Shown: positions 1 through 9,345, counted from the stretch's first letter. The stretch: 32,000 nt of DNA from Nostoc sp. PCC 7120 = FACHB-418 (GCF_000009705.1 NC_003272.1:5340001-5372000), one strand, 5' to 3'. Numbers and translations: made by a program. Notes: a model not told the origin generated them from the letters alone.

Positions 1-189
1 GCAAAAAGACGGGACAATTACCCGCAAAAAACGACAAATTGTATTAATTCAAGAATTAAATCGAACTTAATCGCAAAATTACGGAATATTAAAAATCATC
101 TCAAACTTGATTTCAATCAAAGAAGTCTCTGTGACGAAAGCATAGATTTAGCTACGGAAATCTGACGCTATGCCAACACAGAACAAATC

Positions 190-951
190 ATGACTTTGAA
201 TCAACCTGAATATTTCACCAAATACGAAAACCTGCACTTCCATCGAGATGAAAATGGCATTCTAGAAGTGAGAATGCACACAAACGGTAGTTCACTTGTT
301 TTCACAGGTAAAACTCATCGAGAGTTTCCCGACGCATTCTACGACATTAGCCGAGACAGAGATAACCGTGTTGTCATCCTCACAGGTAGTGGTGATGCTT
401 GGATGGCTGAAATCGATTTTCCTAGTTTAGGAGATGTCACCAATCCTCGTGAGTGGGATAAAACTTATTGGGAAGGTAAAAAGGTGCTGCAAAACCTCTT
501 GGATATTGAAGTACCAGTTATCTCTGCTGTCAATGGTGCAGCATTACTTCATAGTGAATACATTCTGACGACCGACATTATTCTTGCGTCTGAAAACACT
601 GTATTTCAAGATATGCCTCATTTAAATGCAGGTATCGTACCAGGTGACGGAGTGCATATATTATGGCCGTTGGCACTTGGTCTTTATCGCGGGCGCTACT
701 TCTTGTTTACTCAAGAAAAGCTGACGGCTCAACAAGCTTATGAACTTAATGTTGTCCATGAAGTACTGCCGCAAAGCAAACTCATGGAACGGGCTTGGGA
801 AATTGCCAGGACACTTGCCAAACAGCCCACATTAAACTTGCGATACACCCGTGTGGCCTTGACTCAAAGACTGAAGCGGTTAGTTAATGAAGGGATTGGC
901 TATGGTCTAGCATTAGAAGGTATTACCGCCACCGATCTCCGCAATACTTAA
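190..951 (+). CDS. enoyl-CoA hydratase/isomerase (crotonase) family protein
   Basis: 253-aa ORF with an ATG start. The layout is crotonase-like (VVILTGSGDAW...; ISAVNGAALLHSEY; PGDGVHILWP). It is followed by a hairpin at 1026-1059. Confidence 0.8.
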   Translation: MTLNQPEYFTKYENLHFHRDENGILEVRMHTNGSSLVFTGKTHREFPDAFYDISRDRDNRVVILTGSGDAWMAEIDFPSLGDVTNPREWDKTYWEGKKVLQNLLDIEVPVISAVNGAALLHSEYILTTDIILASENTVFQDMPHLNAGIVPGDGVHILWPLALGLYRGRYFLFTQEKLTAQQAYELNVVHEVLPQSKLMERAWEIARTLAKQPTLNLRYTRVALTQRLKRLVNEGIGYGLALEGITATDLRNT

Positions 952-1025
952 CATTTTTGATACTTGACAGGAAGAGGCAGGGGGGAGGTACTTCCCCTTT
1001 TCCCCCTGCTCCCTTTCTTCTTCTT

Positions 1026-1059
1026 GACAGGTGAATTTAACAGTAATAATTCACCTGTC
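1026..1059 (+). terminator. 12-bp perfect hairpin downstream of the crotonase gene (possible terminator)
   Basis: GACAGGTGAATT-(10 nt)-AATTCACCTGTC read directly. No clear T-tract follows, so terminator function is uncertain. Confidence 0.35.
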
Positions 1060-1069
1060 TATAGGAATC

Positions 1070-1182
1070 CGATTTGATTTCTGAAAAATTTTCAGTAGGG
1101 TGGGCAATGCCCACCAGAACCATGAGCCGGTGGGCATTGCCCACCCTACGTATATTTCAAAAATCAAGTATGAGTTATATAG
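1070..1182. repeat. MITE-like dispersed element with a nested perfect palindrome (copy 1)
   Basis: GTAGGGTGGGCAATGCCCACC (1095-1115) is the exact reverse complement of GGTGGGCATTGCCCACCCTAC (1129-1149). Each arm is itself nearly palindromic. The flanks (CGATTTG... / ...CTACGTATATTT...TATAG) recur at 4385-4500. Confidence 0.6.
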
Positions 1183-1204
1183 AAACATCCAGAGGTAAAT
1201 TACA

Positions 1205-2008
1205 GTGGAAAATTTTGTTACCCCTCCAGCTTTTGGGGAAAAAATCCGGGAACGCTGGACATTAGCCGGACGAAAAGCTTTGATTACCGGAGCTACAAAA
1301 GGAATTGGTTTAGCGATCGCTCAAGAGTTCTTGGCTTTAGGTGCAGAAGTCGTCATTGTGGCTCGCAATGCTGAAGCGATTGAGCAGCAGATGAAGGCTT
1401 GGCATTCTGCGGGGAAAGTTCACGGAGTTGCAGCCGACGTTTCCACTTCTGAGGGTCGTCAAATGATGCTTGATTACGTTAGCAAGACCTTTGGAGAACT
1501 TGACATTTTGGTGAACAACGTTGGCACAAATATTCGTAAGAAAGCGACTGATTACACAGAAGAAGAATTTGCTGCGATATTTCAAATTAATCTAACTTCT
1601 ATATTTGAGCTTTCCCGACTGTTTTATCCCTTACTCAAAACAAGTAAAAACAGCAGTATCGTTAACATCGGTTCTGTTGCTGGATTAATTTCCGTTCGGA
1701 CTGGCGCACCCTATGGCATGACCAAAGCTGCACTCGTGCAGTTAACGCGATCGCTGGCGGTAGAATGGGCAGATGATGGTATTCGCGTTAATGCGATCGC
1801 ACCTTGGTTTATCCAAACTCCTCTGACCGAGCCTCTACTCAACAATCCCGAAACTTTAAGCGCAGTCCTTTCACGCACACCAATGAAACGCGTGGGTCAA
1901 CCCGAAGAAGTAGCCAGCCTGACGGCTTTTCTCTGTATGCCTACCGCATCCTACATCACAGGACAATGTATTGCTGTTGATGGAGGATTTCTGGCATTTG
2001 GTTTTTAA
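1205..2008 (+). CDS. short-chain dehydrogenase/reductase (tropinone-reductase-like SDR)
   Basis: 267-aa ORF with a GTG start and no in-frame ATG before the Rossmann motif. It has [11 protein letters not shown] (TGxxxGxG), NNVG, and a catalytic Y-x3-K (YGMTK). Confidence 0.85.
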   Translation: MENFVTPPAFGEKIRERWTLAGRKALITGATKGIGLAIAQEFLALGAEVVIVARNAEAIEQQMKAWHSAGKVHGVAADVSTSEGRQMMLDYVSKTFGELDILVNNVGTNIRKKATDYTEEEFAAIFQINLTSIFELSRLFYPLLKTSKNSSIVNIGSVAGLISVRTGAPYGMTKAALVQLTRSLAVEWADDGIRVNAIAPWFIQTPLTEPLLNNPETLSAVLSRTPMKRVGQPEEVASLTAFLCMPTASYITGQCIAVDGGFLAFGF

Positions 2009-2122
2009 AATGACCTAACTGACAGACATTAAAATAGGTTGAATAATACTTAGGACTCAGAACTCTGCACTCCGTATTGCGATAACATAACTTCTAACTC
2101 GTCACTTTTATCGGGACTGGCC

Positions 2123-2410
2123 GTGTTGGAAGCAATTATATTTATTATTCTGGGGATTCAAAAGTTTTTAGTACCGATTTGTTTTGTCGGTGCATGGGGT
2201 TTAATGATTCTCATCGCTTGGAGTCTGTGGAGTGCTACGCGAGATAGTATCAGCACAGCCAAACAAATGCACCAAATCCCCTGTTCTGGGTGCCAATTTT
2301 TTACAGATGACTACCGCCTGAAATGCACTGTACACCCATCCCGTGCTAACACAGAAGAAGCCATCAACTGTATGGATTATCAAGCGAAGACTAATCCTTA
2401 TTTGTATTAG
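2123..2410 (+). CDS. small membrane protein with a Cys-rich C-terminal half (hypothetical)
   Basis: 95-aa ORF with a GTG start. It has two hydrophobic segments and then CSGC...C..HP...C. I did not recognise the family. Confidence 0.45.
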   Translation: MLEAIIFIILGIQKFLVPICFVGAWGLMILIAWSLWSATRDSISTAKQMHQIPCSGCQFFTDDYRLKCTVHPSRANTEEAINCMDYQAKTNPYLY

Positions 2411-2427
2411 TTTAGGTTAACGGTTTA

Positions 2428-3384
2428 CTAATTACCCATTTCCAGCAAAACTTTCAACACGCCTCGGCGTTGTGCTTCCTCAAAGGCCAAAAGTCCTTGA
2501 GTGAGGGGGTATTGGCTATGAATCAGGGGTTCTACGTCAACTTTTCCTGTAGCTAATAGCTCCAGTGCAGGGGGAAAAACACCACAACGAGAACCGATGA
2601 GAGTAATTTCGTCTACTACTAAAGAAGAAGCATCTAAGCTGAGATTGCCAGCATAGGTGCTTTTCAGCACTAGAGTACCACGGGGACGCAAAGCCCGACG
2701 AGCGATCGCAAATCCTTCTGGATTACCAGTACACTCGACTACAATATCAAAAGCTCTATCTTGGACAGCATCAACTAAACCCGTTTGCACACCCCGTACT
2801 TTTAAATTAGCAAGTTTTTCTTGGTGACGACCAACAACCAATAGTTCACAACCAGTTAGAGCTAATGTCTGGGCTACTAATTGTCCCAATTTGCCATCTC
2901 CGACTACTAGCACACGGTCATCTCTACTCAATATTATCTGTTGTTGAATTTCTAGGGCGGCTGCTAAAGGTTCGGTAAAAGTTGCCGCGTCTGTTGGTAC
3001 ATTTTCAGGTACAACATGGAGATTTTCTACTGGTAAACAAAGGTACTCTGCAAATGCTCCATGACGGTTGACAATACCTAAAACTGTCCGATTTTCACAG
3101 TGAGTTGGTTGTCCTCGGCGACAAAAACGACAATAACCGCAGACAGCGTTGATTTCCCCGACGACTCTTTGATTTAGTAGATGTTCTGGCCCTTGTTCCA
3201 CCAGTCCCACAAATTCGTGTCCTAAAATTCCTGTGTAGGGATAATAGCCCCGCAGCAACTCCAAATCTGTGTTGCAAATTCCCGCACGCAGAACCCGTAC
3301 AAGCGCTTCTCCCGGTGGTGCTTCCGGAACGGGAATATCTGTAAGCAATTGTAACTGGTTATTTTCTAGCCAGAGTCCTTTCAT
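2428..3384 (-). CDS. zinc-dependent alcohol dehydrogenase (MDR superfamily)
   Basis: 318-aa ORF. It has the GICNTDLE...GHEFVG catalytic-zinc motif, a structural-zinc Cys cluster (CGYCRFCRRGQPTHC) and a GDGKLG Rossmann motif. Confidence 0.85.
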   Translation of the reverse strand: MKGLWLENNQLQLLTDIPVPEAPPGEALVRVLRAGICNTDLELLRGYYPYTGILGHEFVGLVEQGPEHLLNQRVVGEINAVCGYCRFCRRGQPTHCENRTVLGIVNRHGAFAEYLCLPVENLHVVPENVPTDAATFTEPLAAALEIQQQIILSRDDRVLVVGDGKLGQLVAQTLALTGCELLVVGRHQEKLANLKVRGVQTGLVDAVQDRAFDIVVECTGNPEGFAIARRALRPRGTLVLKSTYAGNLSLDASSLVVDEITLIGSRCGVFPPALELLATGKVDVEPLIHSQYPLTQGLLAFEEAQRRGVLKVLLEMGN

Positions 3385-3386
3385 CT

Positions 3387-3950
3387 TTATATCTCAGTAG
3401 TATTGGGAAACTTCTGCTCAATCTTGCTTAACCAAATTACTAAGTCATCAGAGTGAACAGCAATCTCACTTCCTAAAGTTTTGATATATAGCAGTCCGTC
3501 ACTGATAGTTAAATCTCTAACAGGATACCAAGAATTGCGGGTACGGATCAGCAAATCCAAGGGAATCCCCAGTTGCAGTGTATTTTTGCGATATTTCCAC
3601 CAAGAACGCCACAGATGAACTGATTTCATACAGTGCATCTGGTAACCTTTGGGAATTTGACAATATTGATACCTGTAACAATTACGACTATCTATTTCTC
3701 CTGTAAGAATGTAGTTATGTTCAGCCAATACTTCGTTGATCAATTCCCAATGCGATGAAGTTGCTTTAACCGAGAATTCTAGGGGTGTATGAGTGAGTGG
3801 GGCGGTAGCAATCACCCCCTCGGTTTTAGCTATAATTTGGTTGATTTTATAAGCTGTTTGAGCCTGTAAAGTGCTGTTAGCTAAAAGAATTTCTTGTTTG
3901 TGGACGGATTGGGCAACAAACTGCTGTAATAGCTCTAAATTAGATAACAT
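3387..3950 (-). CDS. hypothetical protein, paralog A of an unrecognised family
   Basis: 187-aa ORF. Its stop lies 2 nt upstream of the ADH start codon. By eye it is roughly half identical to the 4798-5352 product (MLSNL..., LLANS.LQAQ, WWKYRK, GIPLD.LIRTR.SWY, ISDGL.YIKTL, DLVIWLSK). Confidence 0.7.
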   Translation of the reverse strand: MLSNLELLQQFVAQSVHKQEILLANSTLQAQTAYKINQIIAKTEGVIATAPLTHTPLEFSVKATSSHWELINEVLAEHNYILTGEIDSRNCYRYQYCQIPKGYQMHCMKSVHLWRSWWKYRKNTLQLGIPLDLLIRTRNSWYPVRDLTISDGLLYIKTLGSEIAVHSDDLVIWLSKIEQKFPNTTEI

Positions 3951-4384
3951 TGCTTATGTATACTGAATGCACCATGTTTTATGTAAGATGCAACCAATTG
4001 TAAGTGAGCGATTATCAAAAGACCATGAGTTATCACAAAATTGGCAAAACTTTCACTATAATCCAATCCTTTCTTAAACTATGTTCATAGATTTCTGTAC
4101 ATATATTCGTGCAACAGTTTAATCTAATCTATGAATTTAAAAATTTATAGCAAATCTTGATTTTGATTAATGATAAATATAATTCTTGTATAACGCCGTG
4201 TGCAACTTTTTTCAAACCTAACTCCCAAACCATTCCCTACAAGGGAAGAGGAGCAAGAATTAAAACCTCTAACGCCACTTGCAGGGGAGAGGTACCCTGC
4301 GGTCGCCGTAAGGCGTTCTCGTAGAGTAGCAAGCTATGGAGAGGGGTTTCAAGAATAGGTTGCACATCGGATTATATAGAAATT

Positions 4385-4500
4385 CGATTTGGTTATTGAA
4401 AATATCTAAGTATCTGTAGGGTGGGAAATGCCAATTTCTCCCAGATCCAACATAGTGGCTCCCCTACGTATATTTAAGACATCAAATACTATTCCTATAG
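4385..4500. repeat. degenerate second copy of the MITE-like palindromic element
   Basis: GTAGGGTGGGAAATGCCA...CCCCTACGTATATTTAAGACATCAAATACT...CTATAG aligns with 1070-1182, but the inverted-repeat arms have decayed. Confidence 0.5.
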
Positions 4501-4797
4501 TCAATTTTATTGAGCAATTGAAAATAAAACTTCTGTAGGAGAACCAGTGCGTTACTGAGGTTCCCTCCGTTATCGCAACTGGCGCTGTTTTAGGTGTGAA
4601 TTTTGATGCAATTAGTCACGAAAAAAAGAATTTAAGCACTTAATACCAATTCTCGATGAAGATACGCTTAATGATTTTAGAACTAGGGAATTCTCATGAA
4701 GAAATCTCTGCGTACCTCCGCACTAACCACCCTGCGGGAAGCCGAAGCGTCTACAGCCTTAATCTGCGTTAAAAAGCTAAAATTTAGCGCAGCTTTA

Positions 4798-5352
4798 TCA
4801 AGAAACTTGAGATTCTAGCTCATTTTTACTCAACCAGATTACTAGGTCATTAGAATGAACTGTCATTTCACTGACTAAGGTTTTAATATAAATGAGACCA
4901 TCACTAATAAATAAATCTTTGATGCCGTACCAAGAATCTCTTGTCCGAATTAAAATATCTAAAGGTATTCCTGAATTGAAGGCTGTTTTCCGATATTTCC
5001 ACCAATTTTGCCACAAATTAACAGATGTTGTGCATCGCAGTTGGTAGCCTTCGGGTACAGAACATTGTTGATATTTATAAAAGCCTAGTTTATCAACTTC
5101 TCCTGTACATATATAGCTGTAATCAGCTAATGTCTCATTCATAACATCCCAATAAGATGAAGGCGACGCGATGAGAAAATCGGATGGGTGACTATTCAGT
5201 TGTGTAGTAGCAATTATTCCTTCTTTTTTCGCAATTAATTGGTTACTCTTGTAAACCATTTGTGCTTGCAAAGCAGAATTAGCTAATAGAACTTCTTTCT
5301 TGTCGATGGATTGAGTAATAAACTCGCGGATTAAAGCTAAGTTAGATAACAT
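4798..5352 (-). CDS. hypothetical protein, paralog B of the same unrecognised family
   Basis: 184-aa ORF with an ATG start. It is colinear with the 3387-3950 product over its full length. Confidence 0.7.
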   Translation of the reverse strand: MLSNLALIREFITQSIDKKEVLLANSALQAQMVYKSNQLIAKKEGIIATTQLNSHPSDFLIASPSSYWDVMNETLADYSYICTGEVDKLGFYKYQQCSVPEGYQLRCTTSVNLWQNWWKYRKTAFNSGIPLDILIRTRDSWYGIKDLFISDGLIYIKTLVSEMTVHSNDLVIWLSKNELESQVS

Positions 5353-5565
5353 AACTCTTCATTAAAACACTTAGGAAAAACTTGTATCAAGGACTCTAAC
5401 AATAACCACTGCCAATGATTGACGTTTCTTGGACTGTGCCTAATTTGTTGAAAGTTTAGGTATCTGCATCGTGTATTAACATCATGAGTGAGTTGTGATA
5501 CTAGTCAAATACAATCACCTTGATAAATACATATACGTCGAAAAAATCTCATATCCAGAAAAATT

Positions 5566-5611
5566 ACCCAGGTCGCCTGTAAAATTTTTTGTGATTACAG
5601 GCAACCTGGGT
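5566..5611 (-). terminator. 17-bp stem hairpin downstream of the IMPase-family gene
   Basis: ACCCAGGTCGCCTGTAA-(12 nt)-TTACAGGCAACCTGGGT with one C/T mismatch. On the minus strand it is followed by AATTTTTC. Confidence 0.5.
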
Positions 5612-5633
5612 TGATAAAAAAGTATTGGGTGAG

Positions 5634-6443
5634 TTAAATTTTTACATCTTTAATTAAGGGTGTAAAAAATGTAACTAAGTCTGAGCGACTAACAACGAGA
5701 GTAGGGAAAGAGCGATCGCTATAATCTTCCCCGTCTGACAAAGGAAACGCTTCTGAGTCGAGGGAAACCCAGCTACCACCAGCAGCTTGGACAATTACCC
5801 AAGCGCCTGCTATGTCCCAAACTTTTGGTGTTGCTTCTATCCCTCCTAATGTTGCACCAGCCGCAACCGTCAGGAAATTGTAACTAGCGACACCCAGCAT
5901 CCGAATTTTGCAGGGAAATCCGTTCTGGACAACAGCTAAACTGCGGGAACAAAGGTTAAAAAAATGATTGCTGCTGGGAGCATCACTACTGGTATGAATT
6001 GGGTGATGATTGAGAAATGCCCCAGAGGGTGTGCTTAAACCAGATGTACCAGGCCAAAAACCATGAAAGGCTTGATTGAGGGGTGGCGCATAAACATAAC
6101 CAAAAATCGGTGTCCCTCGGTAAAGCAAAGCCAGAGAAATCGACCAGATGGGAATACCTCGTGTAAAGTTCGTTGTCCCATCTAAAGGATCTATAACCCA
6201 GCACCACTCTGTCCCAGGAAATGTGCGTTCGCTTTCTTCAGTTAAAATTCCATAACCAGAAAAAGTAGAGGCGATCGCATCTCGAATTTCTTGATCTGCC
6301 CATTTATCGGCTTGGGTTACCAAGCTACCGTCAGCTTTTTGTAAAGCCTGCACTTGCCCAAAGTCCTGCATTAATCGCGCGCCCACTCTGGTGGTGGTAG
6401 TTTGGGCAAAATCGAGAATTGTCGTCCAAAAATCATTCATCAA
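5634..6443 (-). CDS. inositol monophosphatase (IMPase/SuhB) family protein
   Basis: 269-aa ORF with the WVIDPLDGTTNF metal-binding motif and an upstream EESE-type motif (LTEESE). Confidence 0.85.
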   Translation of the reverse strand: MMNDFWTTILDFAQTTTTRVGARLMQDFGQVQALQKADGSLVTQADKWADQEIRDAIASTFSGYGILTEESERTFPGTEWCWVIDPLDGTTNFTRGIPIWSISLALLYRGTPIFGYVYAPPLNQAFHGFWPGTSGLSTPSGAFLNHHPIHTSSDAPSSNHFFNLCSRSLAVVQNGFPCKIRMLGVASYNFLTVAAGATLGGIEATPKVWDIAGAWVIVQAAGGSWVSLDSEAFPLSDGEDYSDRSFPTLVVSRSDLVTFFTPLIKDVKI

Positions 6444-6457
6444 TAAGTTCTCACGTT

Positions 6458-7897
6458 CTAATCTAAATCACTTTCTAAAACAGAAGCGATCGCTTTCTTG
6501 GTGGTAGTTTGAAATTCCTTCACGCTAACTCGGTTCAGGAACCAAATCGACACTATCATTCCCACAGCTTCCAGAACGAACACAAACCCATAAGCTAATT
6601 CTAAAGTTGGTAAAAATCTTTTCCCTATATCCAAGGCTGCACCACCTGTGACTACAGCCGTTCCCCTAGCGAAAGCCTGCGCCAGTCCCCAAGCCCCAAT
6701 AAATGTGCCTGCGGCTTCTGCAACTGTCAAATCCAGCATCAAGCTAATTGCGCCTGTAGTTAAAAAACCGGCGGCTAAACCAAACAATACCAAACCGAAC
6801 TTTAAGAAGGCGGGATTAGCCGAGAATCCTGACGCACCCAACAATAATGCTGCGAATGCGACCAGCACACAGCCCAGACGTGTAGTGCGACGCTTACCCA
6901 AACGGGGGACGACAAAAAAGCCAGCTACACCATAGGCAATCAAAATACCCGTACCATAAAAAGCATTCAGTCGGGTACTCTGTGCTATGGACATCTTAAA
7001 CACTTCACCGGCATAAGGTTCTACCACTGCGTCTTGCATAAATAAACTGATGGTCATCACTACTAAAAAAGTGAAGAACAACACAGTTTGGGGACTAGCG
7101 GTCAAAATTTTCCAAGCCGAACCCAATGTAATGCTATCTTCTCGGTTTACCAGAGTGGAACGCTGGCTATAAAGAGAATATTTTTTCTCTACACCAAGCG
7201 TTGCTACAATTGACAGCCCAAATACAATAGTTGGCACAATCATAAATAGATTGTTAACTGCTGGTTGGAAATTTACCGTAGTTTCTTCTGACGGTAATAT
7301 AGTGCCAGAGATAATTGCCCCAACAATAATTCCCACCATCAACATTGACCAAACTACACCAACCACTTGAGAACGGTTATCTTCTTGAGAGATATCCACT
7401 AACAAAGCAGCAAAAGGTGTACTACTAGCACAAATTGCTAGACCGTATACGGCAAAAACTAAAGCCAGAACAGCCATCCAGCCGATAGTTTGCGTAGTCC
7501 ACACCCAACCAGTAGAGCTATTGGCGACATTATTTAACTGCCAAATTACTTGAACAGCTAAAAAAGAGGCGATCGCAAATATTGCCGCCCCTACCCAAAC
7601 ATAAACTGTGCGATGATAACCCCACAAAGGCTTGGCATCCGAAAGCTGACCGAACCAGATACGAGCAGGAGCGACGAACAACGGTAAGGCCACAACGACT
7701 GCTACCCATGTCGCCGGAATTCCGATTTCTTTAATCATGACTCTGTTGAGTACACCCAGAGTCAAAATTGACATCATACCCAGACCCATTTGAAAGAGTC
7801 CGAGTCGAAACACAGTCAGTAAGTCAACCCTCTTGACTGATTCCGGCTTGATTGATTGACCTGATTCGGGATCGGGTACAAAATTGCTAGTTGCCAT
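6458..7897 (-). CDS. BCD/PucC (LhaA)-family MFS transporter
   Basis: Polytopic membrane ORF with LGLFQMGLGMMSILTLGVLNRVMIKE near the N-terminus, typical of the PucC/BCD family. I took the start at the ATG (MATSNF) rather than the upstream TTG at 7918. The gene is 14 nt upstream of the IMPase gene. Confidence 0.75.
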   Translation of the reverse strand: MATSNFVPDPESGQSIKPESVKRVDLLTVFRLGLFQMGLGMMSILTLGVLNRVMIKEIGIPATWVAVVVALPLFVAPARIWFGQLSDAKPLWGYHRTVYVWVGAAIFAIASFLAVQVIWQLNNVANSSTGWVWTTQTIGWMAVLALVFAVYGLAICASSTPFAALLVDISQEDNRSQVVGVVWSMLMVGIIVGAIISGTILPSEETTVNFQPAVNNLFMIVPTIVFGLSIVATLGVEKKYSLYSQRSTLVNREDSITLGSAWKILTASPQTVLFFTFLVVMTISLFMQDAVVEPYAGEVFKMSIAQSTRLNAFYGTGILIAYGVAGFFVVPRLGKRRTTRLGCVLVAFAALLLGASGFSANPAFLKFGLVLFGLAAGFLTTGAISLMLDLTVAEAAGTFIGAWGLAQAFARGTAVVTGGAALDIGKRFLPTLELAYGFVFVLEAVGMIVSIWFLNRVSVKEFQTTTKKAIASVLESDLD

Positions 7898-7966
7898 TAT
7901 GACTTTCACGAAAAACAATACAGGATTTAGCCTTTCTTTAACTTAAGATAAACCCTGAGAACAATT

Positions 7967-7994
7967 CAAAATTCAAAATTCAAAATTCAAAATT
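7967..7994. repeat. tandem heptamer array (CAAAATT x4)
   Basis: Four exact 7-bp units read directly. This is an STRR-like intergenic repeat. Confidence 0.8.
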
Positions 7995-8060
7995 AAGGAA
8001 ATTACGGGGATTGGGGACTAGGAAGACGTAGGGAAGCAGGAGAAGTAAAGAACAAAAACT

Positions 8061-8116
8061 AATGACTACGGACTACGGACAACTGACCATTGACCAATGA
8101 CTATTGACCAATGACC
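8061..8116. repeat. STRR-like tandem heptamer array (about 8 units, AATGACC/ATTGACC; complement TTGGTCA)
   Basis: aatgact acggact acggaca actgacc attgacc aatgact attgacc aatgacc. The array runs across the sbcD stop codon at 8101-8103. Confidence 0.8.
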
Positions 8117-9342
8117 ACTTCGACATCATCATCTAACAACTTTCCTGCTGCTTCTAGCATGGACGCTGATATGTCTTTCAAGTCTTCACGATTCTGCAAG
8201 TAAGTTTTTAATGCTTCCATTGGGTCGATGCTGCTACTAGCACTTAGTTCAGGAATGCGGGGTCTAGCCAACTGACTTAATAATTCAGCTTGAATGGTGT
8301 AAGTATGGGCAGAACTCAAGGCGTTATGTAGGGAGGCGCTATCAATTACATCCATCTGTTCGGAACGGAGCTTGTAGATTAGGCGTATGACAGCATCTTG
8401 AATATCATGTTTAGCGATCGCCTTCACAATAGCAGCTTGTGGATCATCTGCCTTTGATACATCCACTTCTATGGTGCGAAAAGTCCGAACAGGTAAGGGA
8501 CAGAACTCCCAATTTACATTCCCCTGTTCTAGTTCGATCATTACATAACCCTTATCCTCTTTCTCCTCGCTAAAATCTACCCGTTCAATACTCCCCGGAT
8601 AAATCACTGGGGGGTTATTAGATTTATTCAAATTTTGATGACGGTGGACGTGTCCCAATGCCACATAATCAAAGCAAGGACGAGTCAGCAAAGATAAAGG
8701 TAGAGTAAAACCTTTACCCACAGCCAAATAGCGTTCAGCACCCAAAGTTGCATTATCAGCCATCAAATGAGCTAAAAGCACAGTTGGCACATCAGGGTCA
8801 AGACGGCGAATTTCCCCTTCCATCACCACTTGCAGACGTTCTGTTAATAGTTGATTGACTTCAGCCAACCCCAAACCTTCTGTTTCTTGACGCGTCATCA
8901 GTGTCGAACGAGTTAGCCAAGGTAAAGTAATCACCTGCACTTTGCCGTTACGAGTTTGGATATGATGAGTCATTAACCTATCACCAACCACAAACCCCGG
9001 CACTCCCAAAGTGCGGTAAATATTTAAACTAGCACCTCCTTGTCCTTGGGAATGTTGGTCATGGTTTCCCACCAACAACACAGTCGGAATTTGAGCATCC
9101 ACAAGACGACGAAATTGACTGGCAAATGCTTCTTGCACATACGGCGGCGGCGTAGCATCAGGAAACGCATCACCACCAAATATGACCAAATCTACAGCAT
9201 CTCCTAACGCCCGATCAATACATACAGATAAAGTATTGACAAAATCCTCCAATCGCGTATTTAATCCCGTGGCGCTATTAATACGTCCGTGAGAAAAACC
9301 GCTTCCCATGTGGATGTCAGAGAGATGGAGGATTTTAATCAT
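8101..9342 (-). CDS. sbcD: SbcD/Mre11-type metallophosphoesterase nuclease
   Basis: 413-aa ORF with calcineurin-like phosphoesterase motifs in order: LHLSDIHMG, GGDAFP (GD), GNHD, and GHVH. Confidence 0.8.
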   Translation of the reverse strand: MIKILHLSDIHMGSGFSHGRINSATGLNTRLEDFVNTLSVCIDRALGDAVDLVIFGGDAFPDATPPPYVQEAFASQFRRLVDAQIPTVLLVGNHDQHSQGQGGASLNIYRTLGVPGFVVGDRLMTHHIQTRNGKVQVITLPWLTRSTLMTRQETEGLGLAEVNQLLTERLQVVMEGEIRRLDPDVPTVLLAHLMADNATLGAERYLAVGKGFTLPLSLLTRPCFDYVALGHVHRHQNLNKSNNPPVIYPGSIERVDFSEEKEDKGYVMIELEQGNVNWEFCPLPVRTFRTIEVDVSKADDPQAAIVKAIAKHDIQDAVIRLIYKLRSEQMDVIDSASLHNALSSAHTYTIQAELLSQLARPRIPELSASSSIDPMEALKTYLQNREDLKDISASMLEAAGKLLDDDVEVVIGQ

Positions 9343-9345
9343 GAT

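Noticed and set aside
1-168. Possible 3' end of an upstream gene entering the window. Frame 1 is open to a TGA at 166-168, and frame 2 is open to a TAA at 68-70.
   Set aside because: Two frames are open in AT-rich sequence and neither peptide shows a recognisable motif. I cannot decide from this fragment which of them, if either, is coding.
1074-1265. 63-aa ORF in the supplied track.
   Set aside because: It is read straight through the nested-palindrome repeat (hence the mirrored WAMPT/WALPT peptide) and overlaps the SDR start. It is an artefact of the repeat.
3951-4797. Searched the large repeat-rich spacers (3951-4797, 5353-5633, 14018-14522, 28865-29392) for tRNA, rRNA or other known structured RNA genes.
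   Set aside because: I could find no cloverleaf-compatible sequence or recognisable conserved RNA motif by eye. A covariance-model scan (tRNAscan-SE, Infernal/Rfam) would be needed to exclude them formally.
4696-4818. Roughly 40-aa ORF (MKKSLRTSALTTLREAEAS...) in the spacer between the two paralogs.
   Set aside because: It is composed of typical dispersed-repeat sequence (CTCTGCGTACCTCCGC..., CTGCGGGAAGCCGAAGCGTCTACAGCC) and runs antisense into the 3' end of the 4798-5352 gene.
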